From positions 67,776-83,974 of the forward strand of contig PBHC01000009.1 in NCBI GenBank assembly GCA_002719295.1: a stretch of 16,199 bases of DNA. Reading direction: 5' to 3'. The notes under the pieces are model-generated. The model ran no database searches and was not told the DNA's origin. It worked only from the letters and a program-made list of their open reading frames with translations. A program made the translations under genes and the position numbers. Within the stretch, counting starts at the first letter, position 1. Every line of letters begins with the position of its first letter. Shown piece after piece: positions 8,346 through 15,612 of this stretch. This DNA is from Chloroflexota bacterium. GTDB taxonomy: Bacteria; Chloroflexota; Dehalococcoidia; Lucifugimonadales; Lucifugimonadaceae.

Positions 8346-8633
8346 TTATAAACAACTGGCTCTCAGTGAACATTCCCAGTCTCTAAAAAAATAAAGTTCA
8401 GCAATAACTCCTTGTGCAACAATTCCTGCCAACAAAGAAAATAATAAAACAAAGATCTTGATTATTATGTGAATACCTTTAGGATTATTGTATTGATCGT
8501 CTTCAGATTCAGAAGAGTAAAATTTTATTAAAAAAATAGCTATAAAATAAAACAATGCAGTAAATATTATAGTTGCAGCAATTGTATAAGTTCGTAAAGA
8601 AATATTAGTAAAAATAAACTCTAGGATTTTCAT
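8346..8633 (-). CDS. Hypothetical small membrane protein (two TM helices)
   Basis: 95 aa with two hydrophobic segments separated by an acidic loop (SSESEDDQY). It fills the gap between neighbours. I do not recognise a family. Confidence 0.7.
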   Translation of the reverse strand: MKILEFIFTNISLRTYTIAATIIFTALFYFIAIFLIKFYSSESEDDQYNNPKGIHIIIKIFVLLFSLLAGIVAQGVIAELYFFRDWECSLRASCL

Positions 8634-8648
8634 TTATTTATTTGAATA

Positions 8649-8654
8649 TATAAT
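8649..8654 (+). promoter_or_regulatory. Putative -10 box TATAAT for a leaderless rluB-like transcript
   Basis: A consensus TATAAT ends 6 nt before ATG 8661, and no SD is present. Confidence 0.45.
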
Positions 8655-8660
8655 TAAATT

Positions 8661-9383
8661 ATGTTAAATATTAACACTAAAAAAAAAATTAGAATAGCTA
8701 AATTCATAGCAAAGTCTGGTCTATGTTCTCGGAGAGCTGCTGAAATAAGAATTTTGAATGGAGAGGTTTCAGTTGATGGAAATATTATCTTCTCTCCTGC
8801 ATTAAATGTTTCCACTAAAGCTATAGTAATTGTTGATGGTCAAAGAATAAAATACCCTGATGATACAGAGCTTTTTTTATATCACAAGCCAAAGGGATTA
8901 ATTGTTTCAAAAAAAGATGAAAAAAATAGAATGACTATTTTTGATGATTTGCCTAATTCCTTTAATGGATTGTTTAGCGTTGGTCGTTTAGATAAAGAAT
9001 CCTCAGGATTATTGCTACTAACTAATAATGGAGATTTATCAAGATACTTAGAATTACCCAGAAATAATTTCCAAAGAACATATCAAGTTGTTATAAATGG
9101 CAAGTTATCTGAAGAACACCTTAAAAGGATTAAAAGAGGACTTAGAATTGGTGACTTTTACTATAAACCTATAAAAATATATCCTAAGAAATCTAATAAA
9201 AGATTATCTATTTATGAATTATTTTTATCAGAAGGTAAAAATAGAGAAATAAGAAAAATAATTAGATATTTTAAATTTTCAGTTCTTGATTTATTTAGAA
9301 CAAATTATGGGCCTTATTCTATTGGGAATCTTAAACCATCAGAGTTTATTAGGGCAGATGTAGATTTATTAGATTTTTCTTAA
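8661..9383 (+). CDS. rluB: rRNA pseudouridine synthase, RsuA/RluB family with S4 domain
   Basis: S4 segment RIAKFIAKSGLCSRRAAE, then YHKPKG, catalytic VGRLD..SSGLLLLTNNG and EGKNREIRK. The subfamily assignment is less certain than the family. Confidence 0.85.
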   Translation: MLNINTKKKIRIAKFIAKSGLCSRRAAEIRILNGEVSVDGNIIFSPALNVSTKAIVIVDGQRIKYPDDTELFLYHKPKGLIVSKKDEKNRMTIFDDLPNSFNGLFSVGRLDKESSGLLLLTNNGDLSRYLELPRNNFQRTYQVVINGKLSEEHLKRIKRGLRIGDFYYKPIKIYPKKSNKRLSIYELFLSEGKNREIRKIIRYFKFSVLDLFRTNYGPYSIGNLKPSEFIRADVDLLDFS

Positions 9384-9452
9384 TACACGTAATTAATTTC
9401 ACTAGAGAGAATTCAGGCAAAGCTTTCATAATAATAAAAAAATAAATCTATT

Positions 9453-10787
9453 ATGAACGATTTTTTCGATTCTATTTTAAATTATCTTGGTTACGATACT
9501 TTTACTAAATGGTTTTTAAGTGAAGGTATTTGGGCTATATTCCTAATCCTTCTGATTTTTATAATATGGTTTATATTTCATAAATTTGGACGACCAAAAA
9601 TTTCTTCTCTTGCCACTAAATTAAAAAATAGAGATGAAACTAGAGATGTAGGTATTTTTGTTTCAATGTTAGATACTAAAGCTTTCGATACATCTGTATT
9701 ATTTGCTCTTTTATCAATAATGTCTGTTGGTTTGTTATCAATAATTGGAGTAAATGTTTCTCCTATTTCCTCATATTTCCAAGATAAATCTGTAAGCATT
9801 TTTTCTTGGATTTTTTCTGAAGGTCTAATAATAATTATTATGATTTTAGCTATTTGGTGGATTGTTAGGATTATTGAAAGAATATTTCCTAGAGTTGTTA
9901 CTACTTTTGTAATGAGTCGTTCTGAATATGGAGAACATGAAGAGTCTGAAAAAAGAGCTACAACTTTATCTAGAGTCTTCACAGGTGGCGCTCAAATTAT
10001 TGTAATTGTTTCAGGTATATTTATGATACTTTCTAAATTATCAATACCGGTAGGGCCTGTACTTGCAGGATTTGGTGTTGTTGGAATAGCTGTTGGATTT
10101 GGAGCGCAGCACTTAATTAGAGATTTGATAAGTGGAATATTTGTTATAGCTGAAAACCATTATAGAACTGGAGATGTAGTAACAATCGCAGGAACATCTG
10201 GTCTTGTAGAAGATATCAATCTTAGAAGGACTATTCTTAGAGATCTTGAAGGAACTGTACATGTAGTTCCTAATGGAGAAATTGCAGTTTCCGCGAATAG
10301 AACAAAGAATTATTCAAGAGTTGTCTTAGATGTTGGTGTGGCTTACAAAGAAAATCTTGAAAGAGTTATTCTGATTTTAAATCAAATAGGAAACGAAATT
10401 TCAGCTGATCCTGTTATTGGACTAAATATTATTAAAGCTCCTCAAGTTTTAAGGATTCAATCTTTTGATGATTCTTGTATAACCATAAGAATGCTAGGTG
10501 ATTGTAAACCTATGAAACAATGGAATTTAAGATCTGAACTAATAAGAAGAATAAAAGCTAGGTTTGATATTGAAGGAATTGAAATTCCATTTCCACATCA
10601 AACAATATACTGGGGTGATGATCAACCTAGATTGACTATCCAAGAAAAATCACCAGTAAAATCAAAGAAGAATATAACTAAAAATAAAAAAGAAGATCTT
10701 AGCCCTGAAGCTATTGAGCAAATATTAGCTGAATTTGCTTTAGCTAAAAGAGGATCCTTGTGGAATGAGCAAGATTTAGATGAATAA
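9453..10787 (+). CDS. MscS-family mechanosensitive channel with an extended, duplicated N-terminal TM region
   Basis: TM3 LAGFGVVGIAVGFGAQHLIRDLISG, then YRTGDVV, GLVEDINLRRT, HVVPNG and GIEIPFPHQT. Confidence 0.93.
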   Translation: MNDFFDSILNYLGYDTFTKWFLSEGIWAIFLILLIFIIWFIFHKFGRPKISSLATKLKNRDETRDVGIFVSMLDTKAFDTSVLFALLSIMSVGLLSIIGVNVSPISSYFQDKSVSIFSWIFSEGLIIIIMILAIWWIVRIIERIFPRVVTTFVMSRSEYGEHEESEKRATTLSRVFTGGAQIIVIVSGIFMILSKLSIPVGPVLAGFGVVGIAVGFGAQHLIRDLISGIFVIAENHYRTGDVVTIAGTSGLVEDINLRRTILRDLEGTVHVVPNGEIAVSANRTKNYSRVVLDVGVAYKENLERVILILNQIGNEISADPVIGLNIIKAPQVLRIQSFDDSCITIRMLGDCKPMKQWNLRSELIRRIKARFDIEGIEIPFPHQTIYWGDDQPRLTIQEKSPVKSKKNITKNKKEDLSPEAIEQILAEFALAKRGSLWNEQDLDE

Positions 10788-10803
10788 ATAGGAGTTTTTT
10801 ATC

Positions 10804-11610
10804 ATAAGCAACTTACAACCAAATTTACCTAAGAATCTGGAAGAGATATCATCAACAATACCTCATCCTGAAGGTATTACATTAGATGATAACGACAATA
10901 TTTATGTTTCATCTGCTTCTACAGGGAAAATCTTCTTGATTTCTAAGAAAGATATAAAAGTTCATGCAAATACTAAAGGTAGGCCATTAGGAATTGCTTT
11001 TTCTAAAAAACTTAATTCTTTAATAGCCGCAGATGCAGCAAGAAGATCTGTTCTTAGAATTAGCCTAGGTAATGGAAGCATTTCTTTACTTTGTAATGAG
11101 TATGAAGATATGGAATTAAATGGACCTTCTGATCTAATAATTACGAATACAGATGAAATTATATTTACAGATCCGATTAGAAATCCGTTTCCAAATCCTT
11201 GTATAAGCCCTGTATATAAATTATCTGAAAGTAAAAACATTGAGATTTTTTTAGCAGATTTAGCATTTCCTAGCGGTATAGCAAATATTGATAACAAAAT
11301 TCTTATATCTGAAACTAGAGCAAATAGATTAGTTGTTATGGAGAATATAGAATCTGATGAAATTATAGAACCTCAAATGTTTAGAAGATTTGCTGATCCA
11401 GGTTATCCTGATGGGATTACTGTGGACGAAGATAATAACATATACCAAACCTTACCTGGAATTGGTGCTATTGCGGTTCTTAATAAAGTAGGGGAAATGA
11501 CAGAAATTTATCATATGGAATCATGGAAACCAAGTAATATACATTATCACAAAGGAAAATTTTATGTCACAGATAGACTTGGAAGTAGGATTTTTAGGTT
11601 TTCTAAATAA
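10804..11610 (+). CDS. SMP-30/gluconolactonase/LRE family beta-propeller; probable non-canonical start ATA 10804 or ATC 10801 (the ORF track uses TTG 10936)
   Basis: The in-frame upstream extension encodes the first blade PEGITLDDNDNIYVSS..GKIF. It continues with GRPLG, GPSDL, IIFTDP, FPSG and YPDGITVDEDNNIY. An AGGAG SD lies at 10790-10794. Confidence 0.85.
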   Translation: MSNLQPNLPKNLEEISSTIPHPEGITLDDNDNIYVSSASTGKIFLISKKDIKVHANTKGRPLGIAFSKKLNSLIAADAARRSVLRISLGNGSISLLCNEYEDMELNGPSDLIITNTDEIIFTDPIRNPFPNPCISPVYKLSESKNIEIFLADLAFPSGIANIDNKILISETRANRLVVMENIESDEIIEPQMFRRFADPGYPDGITVDEDNNIYQTLPGIGAIAVLNKVGEMTEIYHMESWKPSNIHYHKGKFYVTDRLGSRIFRFSK

Positions 11611-11693
11611 ATTATTTACTTCAATTGATAAAGAAAATTAAATTATTTTGATGTACGCTAAATATACCCCAACTGTAATAAAAGGAAAAAAAC

Positions 11694-11978
11694 ATTTCAA
11701 ATAAATTTTTATTTTATTTACTTGTCTTTAGCCATCATGTTTTTTTGATAGTCACTTTTTTCTCTATTCCTTTCTATATTATTAATGCAGAATGGTATAT
11801 TACTTTTCCATTATTTAGTTGGACACTATACCTTATTTTTTCTAAAGAACTCACTTGTCCTGCAACAAATTGGGAAAATGATTTGAGAAAAAAAATTGGA
11901 AAGCCTAAAATCAAAGGTTTTATTTACCATTATTATTTGAAAAATTTTGTGAGAATTAAAAAGAAAATTTTGAGATAA
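11694..11978 (+). CDS. DUF2784-like small membrane protein; start uncertain (ATT 11694, TTG 11745, or ATG 11651 with a +1 slip in an A7 tract)
   Basis: The C-terminal signature CPATNWENDLRKKIG...GFIYHYY resembles CPLTxWENxLR...GFIxHY. The frame is open from 11682 and includes a first TM helix, FLFYLLVFSHHVFLIV. Confidence 0.72.
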   Translation: MSNKFLFYLLVFSHHVFLIVTFFSIPFYIINAEWYITFPLFSWTLYLIFSKELTCPATNWENDLRKKIGKPKIKGFIYHYYLKNFVRIKKKILR

Positions 11979-11981
11979 AAT

Positions 11982-13079
11982 TTACTTATTCGTAGTTTCT
12001 AATTCTTTTTCTTGTAGATAACTAGCAAAACCTTTTACCCAGTCGTCATTATCATTTAAACTAGGTATTAATTTTACATATTCTCCACCATTCGCTTCAA
12101 AATCTTCATGGTTTTCAACTGCTATTTCTTCCAAAGTTTCAAGGCAATCAGCAGTAAATGAAGGGCAAGCAACAGAGACTTTCTTAATTCCTTTTTCAGC
12201 TAAATCTTCTAAAACGTCTACAATATTTGGTTGTATCCATTTTTCAGGGCCAAAAGTACTTTGGTAACAAACTTTAAATGGTTTGTCTGGATCTAAAATT
12301 TCTGCAAGTTTCATAATAGTTTTTACACAATGTGATTTGTAACAAAATTCATTATTTGTACTTTCTTTTTCACAGCAATTATCTATTTTCTGGCAGTGTG
12401 ATTCTGAAAGATCAGCTTTTGTAAGATGTCTTACAGGCAAACCGTGAAAACTAAATAATAAATATTCACTATTTTTATATTCATCAGATTCAATAATGCT
12501 TTTAGCTAAAGATTTTAAGTAAAATTCTTCATTGTAATAATGCTCAACCTTTACCAATTCTGGATGATAATTTTCTGATTCTAAAACTCTTTCTATCTCT
12601 CTAAAGGTAGAACCTGAAGTTGCTTCAGCATACTGTGGGAACATAGATACTAAAAAAACTTTTTCAGTCCCTTTAGATTTTAAATTTTTTATTGCACTTT
12701 CTATTGATGGGTTTCCATATCTCATCCCAATCTCGATATTCCCATTGGTAAACTTTTTTAGTTTTTCAGTAAATTTAATTGTATTTGTAAGAAGAGGAGA
12801 TCCTTCCTCTGTCCAAATACTTTGATATTTATCTTGAATTTTAGCAGGCCTAAAAGGAACAACAATTAAGTTTACAATCATCCATCTTAGAACTGATGCG
12901 ATTTTGTTTTTTACAACATTTAATCCTGTAGATAACTCAGGTGCTTTTGTAGATGGATAATCCAGCATATCTGGATCAGATAAAAATTCCTTTAAGTATT
13001 TCCTCAATGCAGGGATGGTAGGTTCATCAGGTGTGCCTGTATTAAGAATTAAATAACCATTTTTTGTTTCAGCTACCAT
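11982..13079 (-). CDS. hemH: Ferrochelatase with an internal Cys-rich [2Fe-2S]-type insert
   Basis: Motifs NTGTP, LKEFLSD, GSPL, GMRYGNPSI, PQYA..T, FSFHGLP, YQS.FG..KW..P, FTADCLETLEEI and IPSLND, plus C-X5-CC-X9-C. An AGGAG SD lies upstream. Confidence 0.95.
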   Translation of the reverse strand: MVAETKNGYLILNTGTPDEPTIPALRKYLKEFLSDPDMLDYPSTKAPELSTGLNVVKNKIASVLRWMIVNLIVVPFRPAKIQDKYQSIWTEEGSPLLTNTIKFTEKLKKFTNGNIEIGMRYGNPSIESAIKNLKSKGTEKVFLVSMFPQYAEATSGSTFREIERVLESENYHPELVKVEHYYNEEFYLKSLAKSIIESDEYKNSEYLLFSFHGLPVRHLTKADLSESHCQKIDNCCEKESTNNEFCYKSHCVKTIMKLAEILDPDKPFKVCYQSTFGPEKWIQPNIVDVLEDLAEKGIKKVSVACPSFTADCLETLEEIAVENHEDFEANGGEYVKLIPSLNDNDDWVKGFASYLQEKELETTNK

Positions 13080-13324
13080 AATCTCCTATTTTTATTAATC
13101 AAAATTTGAATAAAAAAATACATAAGAAAATGAGTTAATTTTTTTATGAATTCTCTTCTACTAAATAGAATATCATCAGGAAAGCAAAAAGTTTAACTAT
13201 AAAAGTGGGCTATTTTTGTCCAAAAAGTATAATTTAGTAATTGTTATATATATGATTCATTAAAATGATCCTAATATTGATTTAATAAAACTATCTATCT
13301 TTAAAAAATATTAAGCTTAGAGAA

Positions 13325-14233
13325 CTAAATATTAACTTTATCCCAAGTTATTCCAGCTTCTTTAGAAAACTTCATAACTTCGGTATATGAGGGCTTAAAT
13401 TTGTCTCTAGGAATATGTTCAACTAAAATTTGAGCATTTGGACAAATATCTTGCATTCTCTTTAAGAAATAAATTTGATCCATCATTCCATGCCCAAGAT
13501 ATTCTTCTTCTAATTGAAATAATAATGAATCAATAACCTTAAAGTCTTTTAGATCTGCACTGATTGTATATTCTCCCAGAAGGGTGAAAAATTCTTCTAA
13601 AAATTCTCTTGTATTATAAGCTTCTTTTAGAGAAGAAAGGAAATTAACAGGGTCTTGATTAAACTTTAGATTTTTAGAACCTACTGCATCAAAAAAATCT
13701 TTGACTTTTTTAGCTGAGTAAACTGGTGATACATACCCTCCTTCTAAAATCAGTAACATTCCTTCTGATTCTGCTACTTTACAAATTTGTTTTGTTGAAT
13801 CAACTAGTCTGTCAAATACTTTATTTGTATGATTTTCTGGATGTGGTAACCATGCTCCATTTTCATTAACGCTTCCTGGTCTCAAATAAGTACTTGGGCA
13901 ACCTAGTTTTACTGATATTTCACACATTTGTTCTACAAATGAAATTGTTTTTTTTCTGATATTTTCATCTGGACTTACTAAACCGCCACCGTAAGTTCCT
14001 CTTGAATTTCCAATTAGTACTGAATTATTTTGAAATCTTGATTTGATTTCATTTATATTTTTTTCTGAGTAAACTGTAGGATCTGATATAACAATATTGT
14101 GTACTGTATAACCTATATCAGCAACTTCCTTTAGATCCTCATTTGTGTATGTTAGTACATCAAATTCATGTGGTATATTCCCACTATATCCAGCCCCTGT
14201 TGTCCCAATCATTGATGCGGCGCCTAGGTACAT
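13325..14233 (-). CDS. Sugar-phosphate isomerase/epimerase, xylose-isomerase-like TIM barrel (AP endonuclease 2 fold)
   Basis: Motifs LVSPDENIRKK, KLGC, AESEGMLLILEG, NQDPVN, xDLKD, LGHG and LVEH. An AAGGAG SD lies upstream. Confidence 0.85.
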   Translation of the reverse strand: MYLGAASMIGTTGAGYSGNIPHEFDVLTYTNEDLKEVADIGYTVHNIVISDPTVYSEKNINEIKSRFQNNSVLIGNSRGTYGGGLVSPDENIRKKTISFVEQMCEISVKLGCPSTYLRPGSVNENGAWLPHPENHTNKVFDRLVDSTKQICKVAESEGMLLILEGGYVSPVYSAKKVKDFFDAVGSKNLKFNQDPVNFLSSLKEAYNTREFLEEFFTLLGEYTISADLKDFKVIDSLLFQLEEEYLGHGMMDQIYFLKRMQDICPNAQILVEHIPRDKFKPSYTEVMKFSKEAGITWDKVNI

Positions 14234-14255
14234 GTTTCTCCTTTAATTTCAAATA

Positions 14256-14298
14256 TACTAATTAGTAAAAATTATTTCACATATTAAATCTTAGTCAA
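14256..14298 (-). promoter_or_regulatory. Putative sigma70 promoter (TTGACT-16 nt-AATAAT, preceded by TGn) with a 12-bp palindrome over the expected start site
   Basis: On the minus strand, TTGACT is at 14298-14293 and TG-A-AATAAT ends at 14271. The perfect palindrome TACTAATTAGTA occupies 14256-14267. Confidence 0.45.
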
Positions 14299-14322
14299 TG
14301 AAATATAACTTTCTTGTTAAAT

Positions 14323-15612
14323 CTAACTGGCAAACTGTTTAGATTTACCAGAATAAATTGACCTAAGGACTTTCTGATTCCTTGAAAGAATGACTATCAA
14401 TGTAAATAATATTCCTTGAGCTGCGATTGAAAATCCAGGGTCTATAAAATCTGCAGAAAGCCCATTTAGAAAGTTAAATAATGCCATGCTTCCACCAATA
14501 TACATTGCATATACACCTGCTATTCTTCCTCTAGTATAATCTGGGGAAATCAATTGAATAATAGTGTGAGATATAATCATAAACCCAGCCTGTCCAACAC
14601 CCATTAGCATGGTTGCAAATAATGACAGATATAAATTAGTAGATAATCCTAGTATTACAGGAGCTATTCCGCTTAAGACTGCAAAAATATAGAAAATTCT
14701 ACCCTTTAATTTTTCGTCACTTGTCCCAGCAAGGAAAAGAGACGCTATTAATGAGCCAACTCCAACGAACATCATAAGAAAGCTTACAGCTAGGCCTTCC
14801 TCACCTAATTTGTTGACTGAGAAGTATGGTAAAACTGATTCAAATGACATTGTCAGCATACAATGAAAAGTTGTTAATCCTATTATGATTAAAATAGGTT
14901 TATTAGAGTGAACAAATTTTAATCCCTCAGTAAACCCTTCAATGAATGATTCAGAATTAACTTTTCCGGTTGAAGGATTTTTAATCATTAGAGCAAAAAT
15001 AAAGCTTAAGGCATAAAATCCTGTACATATAAAAAATGCTATATCAGTCCCATTTATAGAATTTTCATTCTTTCCTATGTAATTTAGAAAAGGAGCAATT
15101 GCTAGTGGTCCAAGTAGTCTTGTTGCATGAACTGTGGACATATTTAAAGCAACAGCATTTAACAGTTTTTCTTTTGGGACTATATTTGGAACTAAGGCTT
15201 GACCGGATGGCATTTGTGCAGCTCTTGCTGATCCTTGAAGGAAAGCCAAAAAGACTAAATGCCAAGGTAATATCAAATCCATAAAATATAATATTCCTAG
15301 TGCTAAATTATGAATAAAATTAATAAAGAACATTAATTGTAATATTCTTCTTCTTTGAAATTTATCAGCTAAATAACCTATAAACGGGTTTACAATTACC
15401 ATTGGAATCATAGCGGCAAAAGTAACTAATCCAACAAGCATACTACTATCCGAAATTTGGTAAACTACCCAGCCTCTAACTACTATTAAGGCCCAATGTG
15501 AAGATCCTGCAAATAAACCCGCTAACCACATTCTAAAAAAATCCGGATACCTTAAAGATGCAAAATAATTAATTCGATTATTTTCAGAAGATTTGTTAAA
15601 AGGGTTATTCAA
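14323..15612 (-). CDS. MFS transporter (MFS_3 / H+ antiporter-1, EntS/Tap-like)
   Basis: 429 aa with about 12 TM segments. Motifs SLRYPDFFRMW, motif A GYLADKFQRR, LVPNIVPKEKLLNAVALN and RGRIAG. TTG start. Confidence 0.9.
   Translation of the reverse strand: MNNPFNKSSENNRINYFASLRYPDFFRMWLAGLFAGSSHWALIVVRGWVVYQISDSSMLVGLVTFAAMIPMVIVNPFIGYLADKFQRRRILQLMFFINFIHNLALGILYFMDLILPWHLVFLAFLQGSARAAQMPSGQALVPNIVPKEKLLNAVALNMSTVHATRLLGPLAIAPFLNYIGKNENSINGTDIAFFICTGFYALSFIFALMIKNPSTGKVNSESFIEGFTEGLKFVHSNKPILIIIGLTTFHCMLTMSFESVLPYFSVNKLGEEGLAVSFLMMFVGVGSLIASLFLAGTSDEKLKGRIFYIFAVLSGIAPVILGLSTNLYLSLFATMLMGVGQAGFMIISHTIIQLISPDYTRGRIAGVYAMYIGGSMALFNFLNGLSADFIDPGFSIAAQGILFTLIVILSRNQKVLRSIYSGKSKQFAS

Noticed and set aside
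9578..11297. Minus-strand ORFs 9578-9982 and 10962-11297
   Set aside because: They are antisense shadows of the MscS and SMP-30 genes, with no recognisable features.
13080..13324. 245-nt spacer upstream of hemH as an sRNA, riboswitch or terminator
   Set aside because: It has only weak 4-5 bp hairpins (gggc/gtcc, ttcta/tagaa) and an 8-codon ORF, within chance for AT-rich DNA.
15065..15284. ORFs 15065-15265 (-) and 15099-15284 (+)
   Set aside because: These short alternative frames lie wholly inside the MFS gene and have no supporting signals.
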